From positions 5,362 to 69,361 of the IMG/VR virus record IMGVR_UViG_3300037515_000354: a stretch of 64,000 nt of DNA. One strand, written 5' to 3'. Positions 44,009 through 52,025 of the stretch are shown piece after piece. The stretch comes from a virus (Duplodnaviria; Caudoviricetes). The notes under the pieces are model-generated. The model did no database searches. It had not been told where the DNA came from and saw only the letters and a list, made by a program, of their open reading frames with translations. The stretch's first letter is position 1; every line of letters starts with the position of its first letter. The translations under genes and the position numbers were made by a program.

Positions 44009-44346
44009 CCGACTACTACGCACGGATCAACGAAGCCACCAAGGACGCGGAGTCGCGTGGCTGGGTACGGGTTCCGGGCAGCTACAACCCGACATGGCGC
44101 AAGTCGGTGGAGCACCCCACACCGGCCAGTGTGATCAAGTGCGGGTGGTGGACCAACCCTTTGTACCCCAGCCACCAGTTCGTCTCGTTCATCCTCCGGG
44201 GCCGTGACCGCGCGCCGGGTGCGGTGTACCGGACCAGCCGCACCTACTGGACACCATGCTTCGATCGGAGCATCAGTTTCAAACGGGCACTGGAGATCCT
44301 CGCCGCCGAGACGGACGAGGTCCACGAGAACCACTGGGCCGGGTGA
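44005..44346 (+). CDS. Hypothetical protein
   Basis: GTGA overlap. Confidence 0.6.
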   Translation: MTDYYARINEATKDAESRGWVRVPGSYNPTWRKSVEHPTPASVIKCGWWTNPLYPSHQFVSFILRGRDRAPGAVYRTSRTYWTPCFDRSISFKRALEILAAETDEVHENHWAG

Positions 44347-44672
44347 TGGCCGACCACTACGACGACGAGGGCCGCCGGATCGACGTCGCGGAGCTGGGTG
44401 AGATCCGGCTGTGCGCGCGCATGTGCGACACGTGCGTGTTCCGTCCGGGGAACCTCATGCACCTGGAACCCGGACGGGTGACCGACATGGTCAAGGCCGC
44501 ACACAAGGACGAGGGGCACATCACGTGTCACAAGACGCTCGACACCGAGGCGCCTGCCATCTGCCGTGGCTACGCCGACAAGGCCGACCGTGGCCGGTCC
44601 CTCGCGCTGAGGATCGGCCGCGCGCTGGGATGGCTCCGCGAAGTAGAACCGCCGAGGAAGGATCACGAATGA
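44346..44672 (+). CDS. Hypothetical Cys-rich protein
   Basis: CARMCDTCVFRPG...ITCHKT...AICRG. Confidence 0.7.
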   Translation: MADHYDDEGRRIDVAELGEIRLCARMCDTCVFRPGNLMHLEPGRVTDMVKAAHKDEGHITCHKTLDTEAPAICRGYADKADRGRSLALRIGRALGWLREVEPPRKDHE

Positions 44673-44956
44673 GTCTGGTCAACTGCCCCGTAGACCCTGA
44701 CTGTGCCTTGGTCGAACTGACCAGGCTGCCACAGCACGTCTACGAGGTGCACACCGAAGATCACCCCAACTACAACCGGTGGGACATCGTGGAACGCTGT
44801 TTGACTCAAGCCGTCCGCAACACGGCCGGGACGCACCCTTCGGTGCCGATTCCGGCCGTTCGCAACGACTGCGCGTTCTGCCACCGGGAACGCAGCCCCA
44901 AGGACGACAACCACGCACCGGAATGCCCGTACTGGGTGTTCTTCGGAGAGGGATGA
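44669..44956 (+). CDS. Hypothetical Cys/His protein
   Basis: CAFCH...HAPECPY. Confidence 0.6.
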   Translation: MSLVNCPVDPDCALVELTRLPQHVYEVHTEDHPNYNRWDIVERCLTQAVRNTAGTHPSVPIPAVRNDCAFCHRERSPKDDNHAPECPYWVFFGEG

Positions 44957-45189
44957 TCATGTACGAGTGCCCCATCGAGGGCTGCGCTTCCAACCACATC
45001 GATGTGACGAGTCTCAAGACTCATGTGATCCGCACCCACACGGACATAGCCGACAGCCCGACGCGAAGGGAGCGGACAGCGGAACACATCATCGAGCATC
45101 AGCGTGTATCGTCAGCTTTGGACTTGGTAGAGATCATCGGCGGCATGCGCCGCATGGCCTACGACTACGAGCAGGGAGACATCTGGTGA
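44953..45189 (+). CDS. C2H2 zinc-finger protein
   Basis: YECPIEGC...LKTHVIRTH. Confidence 0.65.
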   Translation: MIMYECPIEGCASNHIDVTSLKTHVIRTHTDIADSPTRRERTAEHIIEHQRVSSALDLVEIIGGMRRMAYDYEQGDIW

Positions 45190-45392
45190 GCGGACCCCGA
45201 CCCGCACCCGAGCCGGACCGGTGGCCCACTCCCGAAGAAGCCGCCGACACGGACTGTGTCTTCCACGGCGAGATCTACCCCGAGCACGATTTCTACTACG
45301 GCTCCGAGTGCCGCCGGTGCGGAGCCGAGGCAGACGAGGACGACATAGCCGACGATGTGCCGAACAGGATGCAGCGGAATCTCGGGATCTGA
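45186..45392 (+). CDS. Hypothetical protein
   Basis: CVFHG...CRRCG. Confidence 0.6.
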   Translation: MSGPRPAPEPDRWPTPEEAADTDCVFHGEIYPEHDFYYGSECRRCGAEADEDDIADDVPNRMQRNLGI

Positions 45393-45397
45393 GCAGC

Positions 45398-45427
45398 AAA
45401 ATGCCCCCTCCTCGGAGGGGGCATTTT
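45398..45427. terminator. Bidirectional intrinsic terminator between convergent early and late operons
   Basis: AAAATGCCCCCTC-ctcg-GAGGGGGCATTTT. Confidence 0.9.
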
Positions 45428-45438
45428 TGCGTTGTGGA

Positions 45439-45807
45439 CTAGCTGGTCAGCTTGCCCGGAGGCGACACCGACGCGGGCACCGGCGCCGTCACACGGCCGC
45501 GCAGCCAGAAAGCACCGAACACGGTGATCAGCCCGAGGACGTTCGCCTGGTGCTCAGCGGCCCAGTCCAGACCGAACGCGGCGAACAATGCACCGGCCGC
45601 GACGACGACACCGGATGCCAGGGCAATCAGGCCGTCGCCCGAGGACACGGCCAGTGCGACCGCGAACACGAACACGACCACCGCAGTAGCGATGCCCTGG
45701 AACTTACCGCTGGAATCGAACCCGTACGCCGACACCACCTGGAAAACACCGGCGACGAGAGCGAGGTACACCGCCTGTTCGCGACCGAAGATCTTGATGG
45801 GGTTCAT
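45439..45807 (-). CDS. Holin
   Basis: KIFGREQAVYLALV..., about 4 TM, GAFWLRGRVTAPV; lysis context. Confidence 0.8.
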   Translation of the reverse strand: MNPIKIFGREQAVYLALVAGVFQVVSAYGFDSSGKFQGIATAVVVFVFAVALAVSSGDGLIALASGVVVAAGALFAAFGLDWAAEHQANVLGLITVFGAFWLRGRVTAPVPASVSPPGKLTS

Positions 45808-45823
45808 GATGGTCTTCCTTCTC

Positions 45824-46003
45824 TCAGCCGATGAGCCGGGCGAGATCGTTCAGCCCGGTCACTACTTGTCTTCCCACGGTGGTCTGGCCCATGTAGAACC
45901 CGATGATCAGGAAGACGCACGCGATGAGCGTCTGCGGAGATCTCCGTCCGGCGATCAGCGCGATTCCCAGCAGGGCCAGCAGTATAGGGATAGCCAGAGT
46001 CAC
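45824..46003 (-). CDS. 59-aa two-TM membrane protein (not in ORF track)
   Basis: VTLAIPILLALLGIALIAGRRSPQTLIACVFLIIGFYMG... Confidence 0.6.
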   Translation of the reverse strand: MTLAIPILLALLGIALIAGRRSPQTLIACVFLIIGFYMGQTTVGRQVVTGLNDLARLIG

Positions 46004-46180
46004 GGCCGCAGTGTACCGCCCCTGCGCGGTTCGTCCGAGACGGAACAGAACCGGTGCACTACGCCCCGTCCAGAGAGGGGTGGACCTGGTTGCCCGGCCT
46101 GGCGCTCCCGTCGCCCTCAGCGGGGCGTACAGCCCTTCCGGCCCGGGTCGGGCCGCGCGGCCCTACCGGGTTACCGGCGA

Positions 46181-46310
46181 GTAAGAGATCCAAAGCTCTG
46201 TGCGTCCGCCTAACGAGATCCTTTGCCGCCCGGACCCCCGTGGTACCCCGGACTTGGGTTAGGGATTTGTGCAGGCGGGGGACGTGATCACGAACATTGG
46301 TCGGAGCGAA
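46181..46310 (-). promoter_or_regulatory. Composite conserved element sharing one half with 7436-7493 and the other with 25562-25618
   Basis: Manual alignment. Confidence 0.65.
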
Positions 46311-46333
46311 ACGGTCATTGCGGGCACAAGACC

Positions 46334-46846
46334 TCAAGCACCCGTACAGATCTTCTGAACGACCGTAGCGATCTTCTCGCCGTAGTCCTGCGCCGGTGCC
46401 CACCGGCCGCCGAGGTCTTCTACGTAGTTCACCGACCCGAACGCCCCGGTTCCGGGGCCGACCCACACCGCACGTGGGTCAGGAGTGTCGTCCGGTACCG
46501 GGAGACCGCAGTACAGCCGGAGGTGGTGTGCGTGCGCCAAGGCCCCGACGCGCGGGTAGCCGTCACGGTCGATGGAGAACCGCGCGTGGTCCTCGGGCCG
46601 GTCGCCGGAGGAATCGCGGATCTTCAGACCGCACGTGTTGCCGAACGTCGGCTGCACCGCACCGCCGAACCGGCCGTAGCCGGTCTCGTGGCCGCACTGT
46701 GCGGCGAGCACCACGGGATCTACCCCGGTCGCCAGTCCGGCGTCCCACAGCGCCGTCACGGCCTTGGCGTACCAAGCCGAGTGCAGCGAGGCGAACATCC
46801 GCACCGCCACGTAGGGCAGGCTCGGAACCGCGATGACCGGGATCAC
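46334..46846 (-). CDS. Glucosaminidase-like cell wall hydrolase
   Basis: VDPVVLAAQCGHETGYGRF...NTCGLK...LGGRWAPAQDYG. Confidence 0.8.
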   Translation of the reverse strand: MIPVIAVPSLPYVAVRMFASLHSAWYAKAVTALWDAGLATGVDPVVLAAQCGHETGYGRFGGAVQPTFGNTCGLKIRDSSGDRPEDHARFSIDRDGYPRVGALAHAHHLRLYCGLPVPDDTPDPRAVWVGPGTGAFGSVNYVEDLGGRWAPAQDYGEKIATVVQKICTGA

Positions 46847-47034
46847 CGGTACCTCACTTCGTCGCGTAGCAACGGATTCCAGTCCTTCACCTGGTTGTGC
46901 GCCCAGTCGAACGCATCACGCCAGTTCGTGAATGGCTGTAGACCGTACTCGTAGTTACCTGAGAAACCGCGAGTCACGCGAGCCATCCAGCAGGACCCCA
47001 ACTTGCATACCGTCGGCTTGGGGTAGCGGCTCAC
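46843..47034 (-). CDS. Hypothetical protein
   Basis: ATGA/GTGA overlaps. Confidence 0.55.
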   Translation of the reverse strand: MSRYPKPTVCKLGSCWMARVTRGFSGNYEYGLQPFTNWRDAFDWAHNQVKDWNPLLRDEVRYR

Positions 47035-48107
47035 TGGTACCTCACCTTGTCACCAGGGCTGATCTCGTCACCCTTGACCGACGGGTTCAACTGCCGGAGC
47101 CGGTCAACGGTGACCTTGTACCGTTGGCCGATCGACCACAGGGTGTCGCCCCTGGCCACGGTGTGAGTCCTGACGACCGTGGCGACACTGCCCGATACGG
47201 TGATCTTGTCACCGATGCCGATGTTGGAATCCTTGATCGCGGGGTTCAGCTTGCGGATCTTGTCCACGGTCGTGCTGTACTTCCGGGCGATGGCCCACAG
47301 TGTGTCACCCTTGACCACGGTGTGGATCCTGACTCCCGGAGCCGGGGTCCCCGATACGGTGATCTTGTCACCGGGAGTGATCAGATCACCTTCGGCCCAC
47401 GGATTGAGGCGCCGGAGCGTATCCACGGTGACGCCGTACCTGCGGCCGATCGACCACAGAGTATCGCCCCTGGCCACGGTGTGAGTCCTGGCCCCCGGAG
47501 CCGGAGTGATCGCGGTCATCCGCTTCGCCACCTTGGCCCGCATGCCGCTCATGGTGAACCCGCGCGGATCGATCTTCCCGGGCTGCCATTCGAGGTGGCC
47601 GATCACGTGGTGCTCGTTCCATCCGTGGTGCTTGCAGATGGCCGCACTCACGCGCTCGATGGCCAGCAACTGAGCGGCAGGCCACGGGTCTGTTCCGTTG
47701 CCCATGTTCTCGCACTCGAACCCGTAGAACGCGCGGTTGCCATCGGTGTTCGCCTGGTTGTCCTGCGGTGCCGGACGCCCTGCCCTGACGGCCGCGAGAA
47801 CGTCGGCGTCGCCGCTTCCGGCGTGGTTGGCGCGGCCGTAGCCGACGAGGTGTACCTTGCCGTCCTTGGTGATGACGCCGTGACAGAGCGGGCCTGGCAG
47901 GCCGCTGTACCCGTCCCGGCAGATCTGCACCGTGCGAGCGCTGCCACTGGTGACCGTGTGATGGATCATCACTCCGTACACCGGCCCCCACGCACCTATG
48001 TGGTTGCGGTTGTGGGTTTCCCAGTTGCCGATCTCGACCACGGTCACACCGGCCGCGCGGAGGACGGACGCGAACTTAGCTGCTGTCATCGGTGTCGTGC
48101 TCACCAT
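47031..48107 (-). CDS. Endolysin: N-acetylmuramoyl-L-alanine amidase with three LysM domains
   Basis: GVMIHHT, RANHAG, YGFECEN, IGHLEW...KIDP; three HTV..GDTLW.I repeats. Confidence 0.95.
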   Translation of the reverse strand: MVSTTPMTAAKFASVLRAAGVTVVEIGNWETHNRNHIGAWGPVYGVMIHHTVTSGSARTVQICRDGYSGLPGPLCHGVITKDGKVHLVGYGRANHAGSGDADVLAAVRAGRPAPQDNQANTDGNRAFYGFECENMGNGTDPWPAAQLLAIERVSAAICKHHGWNEHHVIGHLEWQPGKIDPRGFTMSGMRAKVAKRMTAITPAPGARTHTVARGDTLWSIGRRYGVTVDTLRRLNPWAEGDLITPGDKITVSGTPAPGVRIHTVVKGDTLWAIARKYSTTVDKIRKLNPAIKDSNIGIGDKITVSGSVATVVRTHTVARGDTLWSIGQRYKVTVDRLRQLNPSVKGDEISPGDKVRYQ

Positions 48108-48586
48108 GATCCCCTGCCGCTGTCTTCCAGGAACTCGTCACATTTCAGAGTGAGGTAACCCTCATTGATCACTTCGAATGCATGATCGTACTCATCGGGG
48201 GGCAGCGCCGAACGCGCCTTCCCCTCGGGGGACTCCGCGCCCTTCAGGACTCCGTACAGGGGACACAGTGCGCGCGTCCGCTGCTCGGTCTGCGTGGCAC
48301 TAAGATCACTGGTGACCTGATTCAGCCGGTCCGTGTTCTTCACCGTGGCAGCTCCGACGAAGACAAGCACAACGGTGATTATCACATCCAGGAACATGGA
48401 ACCTGCGAGAGCCCATATCATCAGCCGGTTACGCCGCGTGGAACTGGCCAGAGAAACGAACTGTGTGCCACTGTCATGGGCCAGTGTTTCCACCTCGCCC
48501 GTCAGCTCGACCGCCATCCGGATCAGCCGGTCCACCCGGCTCTGATCCGTCGGTTCCTGTTCCGGCGGCGTCGTCCCGCTGCTCAT
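48101..48586 (-). CDS. Single-TM membrane protein of the lysis region
   Basis: GGGAGG RBS; LMIWALAGSMFLDVIITVVLVFVG. Confidence 0.7.
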   Translation of the reverse strand: MSSGTTPPEQEPTDQSRVDRLIRMAVELTGEVETLAHDSGTQFVSLASSTRRNRLMIWALAGSMFLDVIITVVLVFVGAATVKNTDRLNQVTSDLSATQTEQRTRALCPLYGVLKGAESPEGKARSALPPDEYDHAFEVINEGYLTLKCDEFLEDSGRGSW

Positions 48587-48758
48587 GATCGTTACCTCCC
48601 GGTCGGCGTGGCTCACCAGCCTCTTCCCTGAGGCACTGTGCTTCTCCTGTCAGACCTTCAGCGAAGACTTCCAGCCTGGCCGCCATGCGCAACAGTTCTT
48701 CGCGCAGTCGTTCCGACTCGGCTACCAGCCTGTCAGTTCCACCGTTCCCCGAGATCAT
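48474..48758 (-). CDS. Hypothetical coiled-coil protein
   Basis: ORF between lysis-region genes; overlaps the next gene. Confidence 0.45.
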   Translation of the reverse strand: MISGNGGTDRLVAESERLREELLRMAARLEVFAEGLTGEAQCLREEAGEPRRPGGNDHEQRDDAAGTGTDGSEPGGPADPDGGRADGRGGNTGP

Positions 48759-48763
48759 GATGG

Positions 48764-49033
48764 TCAGCTCCTCCGGACCGCTGCAAGTGCGTCGGCCACG
48801 GCGCGGCTCGCGTCCTGCATCGAATGCTGTGTAGCGGCCAGAGTGGTCACGTATTCGGTGCGCACGGTTTCGTTCAGCCTACGCAGCTCGTCCTCCAGCC
48901 GGTCCGCACGCGCCGTCTCCCGGTCGAGTGCCTGGTTCAGCCGGTTGAAGAGCACACGCGACACCATGATGCCGAGTACCGCGATGACTCCGACGGCTCC
49001 GTACTGAATGAGTACTTCCACCGCAGGGTTCAT
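48764..49033 (-). CDS. Membrane protein (holin/antiholin-like)
   Basis: QYGAVGVIAVLGIMV followed by a coiled coil. Confidence 0.7.
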   Translation of the reverse strand: MNPAVEVLIQYGAVGVIAVLGIMVSRVLFNRLNQALDRETARADRLEDELRRLNETVRTEYVTTLAATQHSMQDASRAVADALAAVRRS

Positions 49034-49059
49034 GTCTCCTCTTGTCCGGCCGAGCGCGC

Positions 49060-50148
49060 CTAGATGAACCATTCGAGTTGGTTAAAGCTGATCCACGACG
49101 GTTCGTCCACCGTATGTGAGTGGTTTCCCACGGATCCCGAAGTCCCGTTGATCGTGACGGCCGTGCCGCTGGTGTCGCCTCCGTGGGCGTGCGAGCTGGA
49201 ATCGGGAGTCCGGTTACCCGTGGTTCCGTCGATCGTCACGGCGGTGCCCAAAGCTCCCTGTGTTCCGTGAGTGTGCGGTGAAGTGGCCGACACCTGACCG
49301 GAGTGGTTGTGCACGGTTTCCCGGATTTGGTGAGTGTGTGCGTTGTCGTCAATGTTCACGCCGTGGTTGTGCTGCCCATGAGTGTGGGCGTAGCTGGATA
49401 TTCCATGGGTGTGCGCGTTGTCGGTGATCCCGATGCTGTGGTTGTGAGAGCCGTCCGAGCCCGGAGCTGCGGTCATCCCTATGAGGATCATCTGGCCGTT
49501 TGTCTCTATGTCGATCTTGACCACGTTGGAACCGCCGATGGCCGTACGCGTGCAGAGCAGCGAACGCCGGGCGGCGGGACGGTACTTGGCGTCCAGCGTC
49601 GCGACGAGTGAACCGCTCGACCGGTCCACCGCTCCCTGCATCTGCACTTTCCAGGTGCCGTGATCCCAGATACGGCGGATCTGCGCGTTGCCGTTCAGGT
49701 TCCCGTTGTGCGTGAAGCCCGAGGCGAGGGACACGGTCTCCCACGCGCTCTCACTGAACTGCGCGGCGATCTCCCCGAGCGCGACCAGGTCCGTGCCCTG
49801 CTTGATGATCAGGACCGTGTCACCGGCCACGGGTGCGTAACTGTCCAGGTAGCGGATTCCGTCGATGGTGGTGGTGGTGTCTCCGGAGATCTGCACACTC
49901 AGCGTGGGGGGCGTCGCTCCGGTGGCAATCGCCGTGACCGCGCCCTTACGGATGGTCGCAGGATCGAAGTCGAGAACCGCCTGCTCCGCGATCTTCGCAG
50001 CGAGCGCGCGGATCTGTTCAGTCAGCGCAGCTTCCGCTGCGGCAGCTTCCGCCGCTGCCTGTTGCGCCGCTGCCTCCTCCGGCGTCGACTCGGGGACCGG
50101 CGGTACGGGAACGGCCGGATCACTGCCTTCGGCGGGAGGGGTGGTCAT
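49060..50148 (-). CDS. Minor tail/tail-fibre protein
   Basis: His-rich HTH/HNH collar repeats; tail context. Confidence 0.75.
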   Translation of the reverse strand: MTTPPAEGSDPAVPVPPVPESTPEEAAAQQAAAEAAAAEAALTEQIRALAAKIAEQAVLDFDPATIRKGAVTAIATGATPPTLSVQISGDTTTTIDGIRYLDSYAPVAGDTVLIIKQGTDLVALGEIAAQFSESAWETVSLASGFTHNGNLNGNAQIRRIWDHGTWKVQMQGAVDRSSGSLVATLDAKYRPAARRSLLCTRTAIGGSNVVKIDIETNGQMILIGMTAAPGSDGSHNHSIGITDNAHTHGISSYAHTHGQHNHGVNIDDNAHTHQIRETVHNHSGQVSATSPHTHGTQGALGTAVTIDGTTGNRTPDSSSHAHGGDTSGTAVTINGTSGSVGNHSHTVDEPSWISFNQLEWFI

Positions 50149-51281
50149 GCCAAGATCCTTTTCGCCCGGAGAACCAGGCTCTGTAGGTCGGTCGCACGCA
50201 ACGGCACGTTGAAGCTGTCCACGGCGTACAGTCCGGTGACGCGCGAGCGGGCCCGCTCGACCTGCACCACGTGACCGGCTTCGTACGACGGGTTGACGAT
50301 ACCGCTGATGGTCAGTCCGGAGCTGAACCCAAGCAGGTTGCGGAGCAACTGGTCTGCTGTCTCCTGCGCGTCCTCAGTCGTTTTGATCGTCTGATCTGTG
50401 ACGAACCTCGGAACCTCGCCGTACGGGCCGAGATGGTACGTCGCCGAAGTCGGCTCCGCGTCCCACGCCACGGCCCGGACAGCGGGCAGTTCGTCGCCGG
50501 GCGACTCACCAGTGATCACTACGCCGTTGAACCCCGGTTCGTCGGTGAACACCCTGGACAGGCTGGTCATGATGCAGCCCTGACCTTCGATGTACGTGAA
50601 GTCCGGCGAGGGCAGTGCGTCGATGTCCACCGGCGGGGCGATGACCACCCACCCGTCCACATCGAAGTAGATCTCGCACCCGAGCGAGGTGGACAGGTCG
50701 GTGCACGCCTTCCAGGGGTCGTCTCCCACGTCGTACAGCTTGGGTGCCGTGGTGACCCTGGTAGTGCTGATGGCGTCGTATTCGAGATCCGGGAACGTCC
50801 TTTCGAGGATGGTCTTGATCGCGTCTATGAGGTTGGTGCCCACCTCGATCACGTACGGGCTGACGAACTTGTCCCGCTGCACCGTGCGGCTGAGATCGTA
50901 GGCTTCGAGCTTGATGTCCGCCGACCCGCCCGACGAGTCGTCCACAGATGATTTCGCCAGGCGGAACACACCGAGCGGCAGGACTTCGGTCGTACCGTCG
51001 GTGTACCGGACCCCCCTGTACGGACGCAGGATCGTCCCGTACGGCGTCAGGAGACTGCTTGTGTCGCCCGGTACCAGAATGCCCGTTGGATCTATGCACG
51101 TCGCACTACAGGCCCGCCGGATTTCGGCCGTGCGGTCCACCGTGACTTCCCCGCCGGTGGCAGGCAGGCGAAGTGTTTCCTGGGTCGGGCTGATCACGTC
51201 GATGTAGCTGTAGACCTCATGGCTCCGGCGGATCTCCGCGAGCAGCCGGTCCGTCGCGCGGCTGACGGCCACGGTCACCAC
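50145..51281 (-). CDS. Minor tail (hub/baseplate-like) protein
   Basis: GGEVTVDRTAEIRR..., NGVVITGE, GPYGEVPRFV; tail context. Confidence 0.8.
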   Translation of the reverse strand: MVTVAVSRATDRLLAEIRRSHEVYSYIDVISPTQETLRLPATGGEVTVDRTAEIRRACSATCIDPTGILVPGDTSSLLTPYGTILRPYRGVRYTDGTTEVLPLGVFRLAKSSVDDSSGGSADIKLEAYDLSRTVQRDKFVSPYVIEVGTNLIDAIKTILERTFPDLEYDAISTTRVTTAPKLYDVGDDPWKACTDLSTSLGCEIYFDVDGWVVIAPPVDIDALPSPDFTYIEGQGCIMTSLSRVFTDEPGFNGVVITGESPGDELPAVRAVAWDAEPTSATYHLGPYGEVPRFVTDQTIKTTEDAQETADQLLRNLLGFSSGLTISGIVNPSYEAGHVVQVERARSRVTGLYAVDSFNVPLRATDLQSLVLRAKRILA

Positions 51282-51745
51282 CTCCGCGATACATGCGCCA
51301 TCGGGGGCGTCTCGTCGCGGTGCTCGACCTCGTCACCGGCCGCCGGTGGCTCGAACTCCCTGAACCACCTGTTCACGTACTGATACCAGTCACCGGGCCG
51401 CTCGCCCCTGGCGCGCCGGAGACAGGTGCTCTCGTCGGTGTCCATGAGCACGATGCGGAAGCCGCGCCGCGTATACCACTCGCGATCCCGCCGCTTCGGA
51501 GCGCCGAAGATCACCCATAGATCCACATCCTTGCGGGACTCCCACTTGGCCAGCACCCGGTCCCGCGCCTCGTACACGTACGGCCGGATCTCACGCACAT
51601 GGTCGTGAATCTCCTGGCCGGACAGCGCCGCCATGAGGGCGTCGTAGTCCACCACGAGATCACCGGGCTGCATGTGCTGCTCGACGTACCGGTTCTTCCC
51701 CGAGCAGGGGGGCCCGGCAACAAGTGTCGCGAGAGCTGTCACCAT
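51275..51745 (-). CDS. P-loop ATPase/kinase-like protein (AAA_33-type)
   Basis: LVAGPPCSGKNRYV...VVDYD...LMDTDESTCLRRA. Confidence 0.75.
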   Translation of the reverse strand: MVTALATLVAGPPCSGKNRYVEQHMQPGDLVVDYDALMAALSGQEIHDHVREIRPYVYEARDRVLAKWESRKDVDLWVIFGAPKRRDREWYTRRGFRIVLMDTDESTCLRRARGERPGDWYQYVNRWFREFEPPAAGDEVEHRDETPPMAHVSRRW

Positions 51746-51924
51746 CCCTCCTCGAAGTGCGGAGCGTTGGCTGACAGATAGTAGTTGCTGCCGAGTGGCC
51801 GCGCGCGGACCCACCCCTCGCGTGGATGCAGGGGCCGGGGTGCGTAACAATGCGTGCATATCCAGAACCGCCACCCGCGTCGCTGGAACGCGTGAGACTG
51901 CACAGTGACCCAAGTCATGCCCAT
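51739..51924 (-). CDS. 61-aa CxxC protein
   Basis: MGMTW...WICTHCYAP...; stop overlaps the ATPase start. Confidence 0.55.
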   Translation of the reverse strand: MGMTWVTVQSHAFQRRGWRFWICTHCYAPRPLHPREGWVRARPLGSNYYLSANAPHFEEGW

Positions 51925-52025
51925 GCACCCCGTCCGTCGCACAGTCCGGACAGCCGTAGAAGCCAGTGCACCGGAGAGATCTTCAGCCGGATACAGCCGG
52001 GGCACACCCATGAGTCCCGCATGGC

